The notes under the pieces are model-generated. The model worked only from the letters and a program-made list of their open reading frames with translations, was not told where the DNA came from and searched no databases. A DNA stretch of 64,000 nt, from assembly GCA_021513695.1 (NCBI GenBank), contig CP084166.1, forward strand, positions 288,001 to 352,000. Direction: 5' to 3'. The translations under genes were made by a program, and so were the position numbers. Below are positions 1 to 9,564 of the stretch, in pieces. This DNA comes from Candidatus Heimdallarchaeum aukensis. Lineage in GTDB: Archaea; Asgardarchaeota; Heimdallarchaeia; Heimdallarchaeales; Heimdallarchaeaceae. Position 1 is the stretch's first letter, and every line of letters starts with the position of its first letter.

Positions 1-3000
1 ATATTTGCTCGAAAAGACTTTTTCAGCAGATAATTCTGATCATATTTTTGTTTGGAAAAAATGGAATGGAACTGATATTATCAACGTTTCTTCAAATATC
101 TATATTAAAAATGATGGTTTATATGATTATGACAGTTATGATTTTGATTTAGATGGAAATGTAGATTTAGTTTGTAATTGGGGTTATTATTCAGGTGTAT
201 GGACAAGATTAGAGTTAGAGAATGGGCTTTTTTCTTCAACTGATTATTCATTTTATAACGGGGGCAGATCTATTTTTGTAGAAGATTTGGATAACGATGG
301 TAATCCAAATGTAGCTGTACTATATGCTGTTGATAAAATAAATATTTATAATTATAATCCGAGTATAAATGATTTCCAATTTCAACAACAAATTACTGGT
401 ATTAGTTCATTAAAAGTAATGTATCCTTGGGATTATGACCATAATGGCTATACTGATATTATTGTTGTTTCTCATGAGACTGGAGTTGTTATTTATTCAT
501 ATGAATGGGATAGTTCTTCTTCTTCTTATGTTCAAAAACTATCATATACCATTCCTGAAGCGACAGATAGTCAATGGACTGGTGTTCCTAGGTATTGTGA
601 TCTTCTTGGAGATGGAGAAATTACAATGGTTTTTGATATTGTCCGTAATTCACGTTCTGAAATAGGTTTTATCACTTATGAAAATAATAACTTTGCTTTT
701 AATTCTATTTATAATCATACAGATAGTTCGAAAATTTATTTTACATCTGCTCAAATTGATAATGATCCAGAAAGAGAAATTCTAGTAAATTATGAAAAGA
801 ATGTAGATGAATTCTATACGAAAATATTAGATTTGGAAGCGTTTAATGAGGGTCGGTATTTTGAAACTTTTGACTCTGATGTTTTTCTTTCTAATCCAAA
901 TATGAAATATTCTTGGAGCAGGAGTAAAGATAATGTAGTCGTATCTAATGGATCTTTAAAAATTTTAGCTGATGAAACAAATGATGATTATGCAAAACTA
1001 CAACTTTTTTCTGGAACTAAATCAATACAAATCAGAGCTAGAGTAACTTTAAATGGTGACAAATTCAACTATCCTGAAATAATAATTAAAAATGACAATA
1101 ATGAAATAGTAGCCAATTTGACATTTAGTCAAATAGATGGATGGCAAACACCACAGTTAAGCTATTTAAGTGATTACAGAGGACCAACAATAAAAGGCGT
1201 TTGGTATGATTTAATGATCAACTTTGGTTTTAATTCTCTTACATTTTATACAAAGAAGCCTTATCAAGATTATTGGCGCTATATTGCCAGATTTAATATT
1301 AATGGAAATTTAAACGAATTAATTTTTTATCAACGCAATAATGCAGAAATAGAAATGGATTCTATTGACATTTTTTATAGTTATGACAGTGATAATGATG
1401 GGTTAAGTGATGATAGCGAAACTCTAATCTATCAAACTGATCCTCTAGATCCTGATACTGATGACGATGCTTATACAGATGGAGATGAAATAGAAACAGG
1501 AACAGACCCACTTGATCCTTTAAGTTATCCCAAATCTTACTCCTCAATTTTTTCAGAAAATTTTGAAACAGGAATATTAGATGAAAATAATTGGAGTTTG
1601 TATTCTTCCAATAATGTTGGAGAATGGACTATTGTTAAATATCAAGGAAACTATTGGGTACAGCATCTTTATTCAGGTAGTGTGATAGGACATACTGATC
1701 CTAACATACTTGTTTCATCTCCTCTAAATTTTGGTGACAATTTTACTATTTCATATGTAGTTAGACCTCTCACTTATCAATACGATGAGGTTGGAATTTT
1801 CTTTCTCTGTCCTAATGGTACAGGTTTCAGACTAGGAACTTTTAATGTATATCATGATTTTATAAGAATAGGTGCTTCTAGCTATTATGATTTTGCTTTC
1901 ACAGCTGATTTAGATAAGACTTATTATATGAAAGTTACTTATGTAGATGATACAGTTACCGTTTTTTGTAATGACTCTCAAATTGCACAGGTAAATAATA
2001 TAGACCTCCCATCTGAAGGATCATTAGGATTAAGGAGTAGAGGATATTATGGTCAAGCTTCTCATGCTCTTTATGACAATATTACAATACATAGTACAGC
2101 TTTGTTAAATGAGACCTTTGATTTTGATATCTTTGACACTTATTCAAATTGGATAAGAGATACTACTTCTTTTACTGTTGATACAACCAATAGTTGGTTA
2201 CATAAAGGTACAACAGGTAGTTATAATCATATTGCAAAATATAATAAAACAATACAATTTCCATTCACTATAAATGTAAGAGGAAGATTGGTAAGTGGAG
2301 GATATGATTATACATTTCCTGGATTATATCTCTGTTATCCAAATGGTTCGTCAATGTCAATTGTTTTTAATGGAGGAGGTACAGGAGGAGACTATTGGAC
2401 ATTTTGGGGTCGCAGAGATTCGGACTATGGTCCTCAAGCAGAAAATGTATGGTGGAATATTAAAGTTCTTTTGGATAATGGAACTCAATTTCTCTACTCC
2501 AAAAGTGACACTGATAGTAGTTGGATTTTAATTGCTAAAACAAATCTTTTATTTGAAAGTAATCATATTTATGTAGGTTTTAGTAGTCCTTGGGACGCTG
2601 TTTTTGACATAGATTATATTGAGATAATTTCGAGGAGTACAAATCCAATTGATACTGATTCTGATGGATTACTAGATGAGGATGAGATAAATATTTACGG
2701 TACTAACCCTTCTAATTCTGATACTGATTCTGATGGTATGCCTGACGGTTGGGAGGTTACTAACAGTTTGGACCCCTTAACTGATGATTCTTCTTTAGAC
2801 GCTGATTCTGATGGTTTAACTAATTTAGAAGAATACTCTTCTGGTACTGACCCCAATAATAGTGATTCTGATAATGATGGTTTAACTGATGGTTCAGAGG
2901 TTAATACTTACAATACTGACCCCAATGATTCTGATACTGATTCTGATGGTATGCCTGACGGTTGGGAAGTAAACTACAGTTTGGACCCCTTAACTGATGA

Positions 3001-6000
3001 TTCTTCTTTAGACGCTGATTCTGACAGTTTAACTAATTTAGAAGAGTATCAAAATAACACTGACCCCAATAATAGTGATTCTGATAATGATGGTTTAACT
3101 GATGGTTCAGAGGTTAATACTTACAATACTGACCCCAATAATTCTGATACTGATTCTGATGGTATGCCTGATGGTTGGGAAGTAAACTACAGTTTGGACC
3201 CCTTAACTGATGATTCTTCTTTAGACCCCGATTCTGACAGTTTAACTAATTTAGAAGAGTATCAAAATAACACTGACCCCAATAATAGTGATTCTGATAA
3301 TGATGATTTAACTGATGGTTCAGAGGTTAATACTTACAATACTGACCCCAATAATTCTGATACTGATTCTGATGGTATGCCTGATGGTTGGGAAGTAAAC
3401 TACAGTTTGGACCCCTTAACTGATGATTCTTCTTTAGACGCTGATTCTGATGGTTTAACTAATTTAGAAGAATACTCTTCTGGTACTAACCCTTCTAATT
3501 CTGATACTGATTCTGATGGTATGCCTGATGGTTGGGAAGTAAACTACAGTTTGGACCCCTTAACTGATGATTCTTCTTTAGACCCCGATTCTGACAGTTT
3601 AACTAATTTAGAAGAGTATCAAAATAACACTGACCCCAATAATAGTGATTCTGATAATGATGATTTAACTGATGGTTCAGAGGTTAATACTTACAATACT
3701 GACCCCAATAATTCTGATACTGATTCTGATGGTATGCCTGATGGTTGGGAAGTAAACTACAGTTTGGACCCCTTAACTGATGATTCTTCTTTAGACGCTG
3801 ATTCTGACAGTTTAACTAATTTAGAAGAATACTCTTCTGGTACTAACCCTTCTAATTCTGATACTGATTCTGATGGTATGCCTGATGGTTGGGAGGTTAC
3901 TAACAGTTTGGACCCCTTAACTGATGATTCTTCTTTAGACGCTGATTCTGATGGTTTAACTAATTTAGAAGAATACTCTTCTGGTACTGACCCCAATAAT
4001 AGTGATTCTGATTCTGATGGTATGCCTGACGGTTGGGAAGTAAACTACAGTTTGGACCCCTTAACTGATGATTCTTCTTTAGACGCTGATTCTGATGGTT
4101 TAACTAATTTAGAAGAGTATCAAAATAACACTGACCCCAATAATAGTGATTCTGATAATGATGGTTTAACTGATGGTTCAGAGGTTAATACTTACAATAC
4201 TGACCCCAATGATTCTGATACTGATTCTGATGGTATGCCTGACGGTTGGGAAGTAAACTACAGTTTGGACCCCTTAACTGATGATTCTTCTTTAGACGCT
4301 GATTCTGACAGTTTAACTAATTTAGAAGAGTATCAAAATAACACTGACCCCAATAATTCTGATTCTGATAATGATGGTTTAACTGATGGTTCAGAGGTTA
4401 ATACTTACGGTACTGACCCTAATAATTCTGATTCTGATAATGATGGTTTAACTGATGGTCAAGAGGTTAATACTTACGGTACTGACCCTAATAATTCTGA
4501 TACTGATGGAGACAGTATGCCTGATGATTGGGAAGCAAATAATAATTTAGATCCTTTAATTGATGATTCTTCTTTTGATGCTGATTCTGACGGTTTAACA
4601 AATTTAGAAGAATACTCTTCTGGTACTGACCCCAATAATAGTGATTCTGATAATGATGGTTTAACTGATGGTTCAGAGGTTAATACTTACTCTACAGATC
4701 CATTAGATTCTGACACCGACTCTGATGGTATGCTTGATGGTTGGGAGGTTACTAACAGTTTGGACCCCTTAACTGATGATTCTTCTTTAGACGCTGATTC
4801 TGACAGTTTAACTAATTTAGAAGAGTATCAAAATAACACTGACCCCAATAATAGTGATTCTGATAATGATGGTTTAACTGATGGTTCAGAGGTTAATACT
4901 TACAATACTGACCCCAATGATTCTGATTCTGATAATGATGGTATGCCTGACGGTTGGGAGGTTACTAACAGTTTGGACCCCTTAACTGATGATTCTTCTT
5001 TAGACGCTGATTCTGATGGTTTAACTAATTTAGAAGAATATTCTTCTGGTACTGGCCCTACTAATTCTGACACTGATTCTGATGGTATGCCTGACGGTTG
5101 GGAGGTTACTAACAGTTTGGACCCCTTAACTGATGATTCTTCTTTAGACACTGATTCTGATGGTTTAACTAATTTAGAAGAATACTCTTCTGGTACTGAC
5201 CCCAATAATAGTGATTCTGATTCTGATGGTATGCCTGACGGTTGGGAGGTTACTAACAGTTTGGACCCCTTAACTGATGATTCTTCTTTAGACGCTGATT
5301 CTGACAGTTTAACTAATTTAGAAGAATACTCTTCTGGTACTGACCCTAATGATTCTGACACTGATTCCGATGGCATACCTGATGGTTCAGAGGTTAATAA
5401 TTACTCCACTGATCCTTCTAATAGTGACACTGATTTTGATGGTTTAACTGATGGTTCAGAGGTTCTCTATGGTACTGATCCTTCTAATAATGACACCGAT
5501 TCTGATGGTTTAACTGATGGTTCAGAGGTTAATACTTACTCTACTGACCCTTTGGCTTCTGACACTGATTTTGATGGTATACCTGATGGTTGGGAAGTTA
5601 CTAACGGTTTAGACCCGTTATCTGATGATTCTTCTTTCGACCCCGATAATGACGGTTTAACTAATTTAGAAGAATACTCTTCTGGTACTGACCCCAATGA
5701 TTCTGACACTGATTCCGATGGCATACCTGACGGTTGGGAGGTTACTAACAGTTTAGACCCATTATCTGATGATTCTTCTTTCGACCCCGATAATGACGGT
5801 TTAACTAATTTAGAAGAATACTCTTCTGGTACTGACCCTAATGATAGTGACACTGATTTTGATGGTTTAACTGATGGTTCAGAGGTTAATATTTACTCCA
5901 CTGACCCTAATAATAGTGACACCGATTCTGATGATATGCCTGATGGGTGGGAAGTCAGCAACAATTTGAACCCATTGAAAGACGATTCTGCTTGGGATAT

Positions 6001-7414
6001 TGATTCTGATGGTTTAACTAATTTAGAAGAATACACTTCTGGTACTGACCCTAATGATTCTGACACTGACTCTGATGGTATGTCTGACGGTTGGGAAGTA
6101 AACTACAGTTTGAATCCGTTATCCGATGATTCCTCTTTGGATGCTGATTCTGATGGTTTAACTAATTTAGAAGAATACTCTTCTGGTACTGACCCTAATG
6201 ATTCTGACACTGATAATGACGGTTTAACAGATTATGAAGAAATAGCGATTTATGGTACAAAACCAAATAAAAACGACACCGATGGAGATGGTGTTCCTGA
6301 TGGTGATGAAATACAAAATGGTTCAAACCCAAACAAACCTTCTTACTTACAGTTTCTGATATTATATTCAATAAAAAGGTATACTTTTGAACTGATATTT
6401 GGAATAATTGCAATAATTGGTATCATTGTAGCTACAATATTCTTAAAGAAAAAGAGAAAAACCCAAAAAATCTTAGCATCAAAAAATAGATCAAGACAAA
6501 GTACAATAAAAAGAGCAAAGAAAAAGAATTTATTGTTATCTTTCAGTGATAATTTGGAGATTATAGAACAGGAATGGAAACAGATTAATGATGAGAAATA
6601 TTCTGATAAAACATTGTTTAATACTGATTATTCTAATAAAATAAAAGAAACTTTTGCTAAATTAATAGAGACTACAATAGAATTTAACTATTACTTTACC
6701 AAAGGGACAAAATATTTGTCAAATGTTGAATGGTTAAATATAAAGAAAAGAATAAACAATTTACTTGACAAATTTAGAGACTTTTTACTACAAGAATTAG
6801 AGAAAGTTGATTTTACTAAAAAATTCTCGATAATAAAAAATGAAATAGAAAAGGTAGTTGTTGAAAATTTGCGAAACTTTGACGAAAAAGAGTTATTAAA
6901 ACCATTTAATATATTAAATACTCTAGCTACTATAAAAAATGAAATAGACAGGACTAAAGAGTTCATCGACGAATTTACTTTTTCTAAATTGACCTCTTAC
7001 TGGGGTAATTTGTCTAATCAAATTACAAATATTATTGTTGAAATAGAAAGACAAAAAGAGGAAACAGAAAGAATTATACAAGAAACAAAGGAAATAATGG
7101 AAAACGAGAAATTGAATCAAGAACGATTAGAAATTCTAAACAAAGTAGTTTCTATCTATACACAAATTTCATTATCTAAACTTTCTTCGTTGCTTAAGTT
7201 ACCTTCGATATCTGCTCTAACTTATTGGTTATCAACTCAAAATTTAGATATTGATTATATAATTGTCGACGATGAAATAATCTTTGAAAAACAAAAAGGA
7301 GAAAAAAATGAAAATGATGTTGATTATGATAACGAAGTAACTAATGCGATAGACTCTCTATTAAAACAATTTGATGAATGGGCAAAAAAGGATGAAGGAA
7401 AAAAAATAGATTAA
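1..7414 (+). CDS. Giant surface adhesin-like protein, 5'-partial. The frame is open from the window edge and no signal peptide is visible, so the N-terminus probably lies upstream. Architecture, N- to C-terminal: FG-GAP/VCBS-like motifs, DUF1080/LamG-like beta-sandwich domains, about 60 thrombospondin-type-3 (TSP3) Ca-binding repeats, a single TM helix, and a roughly 330-aa cytoplasmic K/E-rich coiled-coil tail.
   Basis: ORF track 5..7414; codon 2-4 is not a stop, so the frame continues upstream. FG-GAP-like motifs include DLDGNVDLV, DNDGNPNVAV and DHNGYTDIIVV. DUF1080-like C-terminal signatures include GSLGLRSRGYYGQASHALYDNITIHS. There are dozens of DTDSDGMPDGWEV...LTNLEEY units (DxDxDGxxDxxE). 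The TM helix is FELIFGIIAIIGIIVATIFL, followed by KKKRK. The tail is coiled-coil-like (EIERQKEETERIIQETKEIMENEKLNQERLEILNK). Confidence 0.7.
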   Translation, partial: YLLEKTFSADNSDHIFVWKKWNGTDIINVSSNIYIKNDGLYDYDSYDFDLDGNVDLVCNWGYYSGVWTRLELENGLFSSTDYSFYNGGRSIFVEDLDNDGNPNVAVLYAVDKINIYNYNPSINDFQFQQQITGISSLKVMYPWDYDHNGYTDIIVVSHETGVVIYSYEWDSSSSSYVQKLSYTIPEATDSQWTGVPRYCDLLGDGEITMVFDIVRNSRSEIGFITYENNNFAFNSIYNHTDSSKIYFTSAQIDNDPEREILVNYEKNVDEFYTKILDLEAFNEGRYFETFDSDVFLSNPNMKYSWSRSKDNVVVSNGSLKILADETNDDYAKLQLFSGTKSIQIRARVTLNGDKFNYPEIIIKNDNNEIVANLTFSQIDGWQTPQLSYLSDYRGPTIKGVWYDLMINFGFNSLTFYTKKPYQDYWRYIARFNINGNLNELIFYQRNNAEIEMDSIDIFYSYDSDNDGLSDDSETLIYQTDPLDPDTDDDAYTDGDEIETGTDPLDPLSYPKSYSSIFSENFETGILDENNWSLYSSNNVGEWTIVKYQGNYWVQHLYSGSVIGHTDPNILVSSPLNFGDNFTISYVVRPLTYQYDEVGIFFLCPNGTGFRLGTFNVYHDFIRIGASSYYDFAFTADLDKTYYMKVTYVDDTVTVFCNDSQIAQVNNIDLPSEGSLGLRSRGYYGQASHALYDNITIHSTALLNETFDFDIFDTYSNWIRDTTSFTVDTTNSWLHKGTTGSYNHIAKYNKTIQFPFTINVRGRLVSGGYDYTFPGLYLCYPNGSSMSIVFNGGGTGGDYWTFWGRRDSDYGPQAENVWWNIKVLLDNGTQFLYSKSDTDSSWILIAKTNLLFESNHIYVGFSSPWDAVFDIDYIEIISRSTNPIDTDSDGLLDEDEINIYGTNPSNSDTDSDGMPDGWEVTNSLDPLTDDSSLDADSDGLTNLEEYSSGTDPNNSDSDNDGLTDGSEVNTYNTDPNDSDTDSDGMPDGWEVNYSLDPLTDDSSLDADSDSLTNLEEYQNNTDPNNSDSDNDGLTDGSEVNTYNTDPNNSDTDSDGMPDGWEVNYSLDPLTDDSSLDPDSDSLTNLEEYQNNTDPNNSDSDNDDLTDGSEVNTYNTDPNNSDTDSDGMPDGWEVNYSLDPLTDDSSLDADSDGLTNLEEYSSGTNPSNSDTDSDGMPDGWEVNYSLDPLTDDSSLDPDSDSLTNLEEYQNNTDPNNSDSDNDDLTDGSEVNTYNTDPNNSDTDSDGMPDGWEVNYSLDPLTDDSSLDADSDSLTNLEEYSSGTNPSNSDTDSDGMPDGWEVTNSLDPLTDDSSLDADSDGLTNLEEYSSGTDPNNSDSDSDGMPDGWEVNYSLDPLTDDSSLDADSDGLTNLEEYQNNTDPNNSDSDNDGLTDGSEVNTYNTDPNDSDTDSDGMPDGWEVNYSLDPLTDDSSLDADSDSLTNLEEYQNNTDPNNSDSDNDGLTDGSEVNTYGTDPNNSDSDNDGLTDGQEVNTYGTDPNNSDTDGDSMPDDWEANNNLDPLIDDSSFDADSDGLTNLEEYSSGTDPNNSDSDNDGLTDGSEVNTYSTDPLDSDTDSDGMLDGWEVTNSLDPLTDDSSLDADSDSLTNLEEYQNNTDPNNSDSDNDGLTDGSEVNTYNTDPNDSDSDNDGMPDGWEVTNSLDPLTDDSSLDADSDGLTNLEEYSSGTGPTNSDTDSDGMPDGWEVTNSLDPLTDDSSLDTDSDGLTNLEEYSSGTDPNNSDSDSDGMPDGWEVTNSLDPLTDDSSLDADSDSLTNLEEYSSGTDPNDSDTDSDGIPDGSEVNNYSTDPSNSDTDFDGLTDGSEVLYGTDPSNNDTDSDGLTDGSEVNTYSTDPLASDTDFDGIPDGWEVTNGLDPLSDDSSFDPDNDGLTNLEEYSSGTDPNDSDTDSDGIPDGWEVTNSLDPLSDDSSFDPDNDGLTNLEEYSSGTDPNDSDTDFDGLTDGSEVNIYSTDPNNSDTDSDDMPDGWEVSNNLNPLKDDSAWDIDSDGLTNLEEYTSGTDPNDSDTDSDGMSDGWEVNYSLNPLSDDSSLDADSDGLTNLEEYSSGTDPNDSDTDNDGLTDYEEIAIYGTKPNKNDTDGDGVPDGDEIQNGSNPNKPSYLQFLILYSIKRYTFELIFGIIAIIGIIVATIFLKKKRKTQKILASKNRSRQSTIKRAKKKNLLLSFSDNLEIIEQEWKQINDEKYSDKTLFNTDYSNKIKETFAKLIETTIEFNYYFTKGTKYLSNVEWLNIKKRINNLLDKFRDFLLQELEKVDFTKKFSIIKNEIEKVVVENLRNFDEKELLKPFNILNTLATIKNEIDRTKEFIDEFTFSKLTSYWGNLSNQITNIIVEIERQKEETERIIQETKEIMENEKLNQERLEILNKVVSIYTQISLSKLSSLLKLPSISALTYWLSTQNLDIDYIIVDDEIIFEKQKGEKNENDVDYDNEVTNAIDSLLKQFDEWAKKDEGKKID
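2640..6300 (+). repeat. In-frame DNA tandem-repeat array encoding the TSP3-like repeats. It contains two near-identical unit types: 144 nt (48 aa) and 213 nt (71 aa, which is the 144-nt unit plus a 69-nt insert encoding an extra DxDxDG loop). Copies are nearly identical at the 5' end and more diverged at the 3' end.
   Basis: Direct reading: 'gatactgattctgatggtatgcctga(c/t)ggttggga' recurs at 2933, 3146, 3359 and 3503. The spacings are 213, 213 and 144 nt, and this continues to about 6300. Codon-level identity exceeds 95% among the central copies. Confidence 0.85.
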
Positions 7415-7451
7415 TTTAGTTTTTAATAAATAAAAACAATAACTTTAATTC

Positions 7452-7459
7452 TTTTTTTT
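7452..7459 (+). terminator. Oligo-T tract (T8), candidate archaeal intrinsic terminator downstream of the giant ORF.
   Basis: The 'ctttttttta' tract lies 38 nt after the TAA stop at 7412-7414. Archaeal RNAP terminates at oligo-T stretches. Confidence 0.35.
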
Positions 7460-7669
7460 ATGCTTATTCTTATTAAAAAGTTTTAGTTTTAGATTAAAAA
7501 AATCATGCATTATTATCATACTTTTTATTAAAAGACTGTTTATTCTAACGATATAACAACCAATATTATCAAGTTGAAGATACCATAAATAAACTAAATT
7601 AAGTTAAAAACCGTCTGTTATGATTTTTTTTACTTTCCAAGCATTAATTTTTTATTGAAATATTTTGTT

Positions 7670-9481
7670 TTAAAGAAAATTTGTTATAGCTTTTTGTATT
7701 TGTTCAATTGTTTTGTATCTTTCAAAGCGGAATTCTTTGTTAAATCTAGTTCCTCTTGGGTCTAACAGTATGTGAACTGCTTTATCATTTTCGTTTCTAA
7801 TTGCTCTTCCAAAAGATTGAATTATTCTTTGAACAGTAGGAATAATTATTGTAAAATCTATTGCGAATTTTTTTCCATATTTTTTAGTTAATTCTTCTCT
7901 TAGAATTTGATTTTTTGGGTCAGGTGGAGGAAAAGGGAGGGCTGTGATAATTACTCCTTTGATAATACTCTTACCATTTTTTGTGAATTCTATTCCCTCC
8001 GAGATCTTTCCTCCAACGACACAGGCAACAGCTTTTTTTTCTTCAGCATTAGATAATATTGCTTGAACTGTAGAAATGTCCATTTTTGGTGTTTCTGAGA
8101 TGTCGACATCTAGAAAATAATTCTCTGTAAGGTCGTTTAGATATTTATAAGATGGGCAGAAAACAAGAACATGACCAGGAATAGCTTTATGTATCCTGTC
8201 GATTGCTTTAGCAATTTTTAAGAAATATTTTTCATCTCTGTATTGAAATTTACCATTATAATCTTTGTTTGACAAAATCATGTATTTTGAGTTCTTCGAA
8301 TTGGTTGAATAAAGTTGCAATTTTTCTGATTTAGGAAGACTAAAAAGCCTTTGAAATGAGTGAATAGGTTCAAAGCTTCCACTCATCATTACTATTTTTC
8401 TTGCGTCGACTATTTTCCTTAAAATAGTTGATGGTAGAGGATTTATAGTTGATAATCTTTTTGTGTCTGATATTACTCTCTTTCCTTGACTTTCTTTTAT
8501 AAAGTGGTAAGCAATGTAAGCATTGATTGATTTAATCTCTTCTTTCCTATATTGAGCATTGAGTTTCTTTAATATCTCTTTTTCAAAATTCTTTAGTTCT
8601 TCCTCATCCAATTTATAATTAAAAACCTGTGTTTCAGTTATTTTTTCTAATAGTTCTTGAATAAAAGGATGGTTATTTTCTTCTACTGCTTTTTCTAAAA
8701 TGCTTTTAGTAATCTCTAAATTTAGAACTTGGAATAAATTATGTGCTTCATCTACTGCAATTATGGCTTTAGAAAGGTCAATTTTTAACCTGTTAAAGAG
8801 ATAATTAAAAAGAAAGTAATCTTCAAGAAAAGGGTAGCTGGTTATTACTACATCTGCATTTTGAGCAAGAATAAAATTGACATAATATGGACAATAATTA
8901 GTATTTTCATAGACAGATACCAAATCTTCTTTAGAATTCATATCAGGATAAACTGAAAAAAGGTTTTTGGCAATCTTTTTGATTTGTGAATTTGTAAGGA
9001 GTTTTGTTTTCTGTTTTAAGGTACATTTAGTCAAAGAACAGATGTGGGTATACATCTCTCCAGGGTATTTTTTATTTCTCTTAACACACAATTCATTTTT
9101 TCCCAAGATGGTTAGAACTAAAGGTAAATTGAAATTAAAATGCTCCTTTAATTTGTCCCAATTGGCAATTATTTTTCTATAAATAAGTCCAAATTCTTTC
9201 AAGAAGACGTTTATCTGAGCTTTAGTTCTTACAAAAATAATGACTTTTTCTTCTGGTTTCTTAACTGCGAGCAGACTAACAAGTAAAGCAGCAGTTTTTC
9301 CTACTCCTGTTGTAGCAGAGACAAGTAAAGGATTCTTTGTAGTTAAAACCCTTTGAATAAAGCTTAATTGATCCTTTTTGATTTCTGGAAAAGGGAAAAG
9401 ATCTTTTACTCTATTCCATTCTTCATCCTGTATTTGTGTTATTGACCTATTTAGGTGCTGATTTAGAACCATTTCATCCAT
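7670..9481 (-). CDS. xpd: XPD/Rad3-family 5'-3' DNA helicase with an FeS domain, superfamily 2, DEAH box.
   Basis: Walker A: ATTGVGKTAALL. Four-Cys FeS cluster: C(VKR)...HIC(SLTK)C...NYC(PYY). DEAH box: AVDEAHNL. C-terminal XPD motifs: VLVFCPSY, GGKISEGIEF, ITALPFPPPDP, QSFGRAIRNENDKAVHILLDPR. Confidence 0.7.
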   Translation of the reverse strand: MDEMVLNQHLNRSITQIQDEEWNRVKDLFPFPEIKKDQLSFIQRVLTTKNPLLVSATTGVGKTAALLVSLLAVKKPEEKVIIFVRTKAQINVFLKEFGLIYRKIIANWDKLKEHFNFNLPLVLTILGKNELCVKRNKKYPGEMYTHICSLTKCTLKQKTKLLTNSQIKKIAKNLFSVYPDMNSKEDLVSVYENTNYCPYYVNFILAQNADVVITSYPFLEDYFLFNYLFNRLKIDLSKAIIAVDEAHNLFQVLNLEITKSILEKAVEENNHPFIQELLEKITETQVFNYKLDEEELKNFEKEILKKLNAQYRKEEIKSINAYIAYHFIKESQGKRVISDTKRLSTINPLPSTILRKIVDARKIVMMSGSFEPIHSFQRLFSLPKSEKLQLYSTNSKNSKYMILSNKDYNGKFQYRDEKYFLKIAKAIDRIHKAIPGHVLVFCPSYKYLNDLTENYFLDVDISETPKMDISTVQAILSNAEEKKAVACVVGGKISEGIEFTKNGKSIIKGVIITALPFPPPDPKNQILREELTKKYGKKFAIDFTIIIPTVQRIIQSFGRAIRNENDKAVHILLDPRGTRFNKEFRFERYKTIEQIQKAITNFL

Positions 9482-9564
9482 TAAATTGATTTAATAAATG
9501 ATATAAAAAGTAGAGAAAAATCGTTAATTAACTTTATAATATCAAAAATTTCTAAGTAATTAGA

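Noticed and set aside
435-2531. Small ORFs 435-665(+), 1362-1547(-) and 2295-2531(+).
   Set aside because: They are fully embedded in the giant ORF, in alternative frames, and their low-complexity hydrophobic translations are typical of AT-rich frame noise.
3757-5853. Antisense ORFs (3757-3996, 4900-5376, 5536-5853) with repetitive S/E/K-rich translations inside the giant gene.
   Set aside because: They are reverse-frame read-throughs of the near-identical tandem DNA repeat. The repeat conservation is in the sense frame (DxDxDG), and there are no independent start or promoter signals.
2640-6300. The repeat array as a possible CRISPR array.
   Set aside because: The units are 144 or 213 nt and directly abutting, with no unique spacers. 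The whole region is one open reading frame encoding Ca-binding repeats. No cas genes are present.
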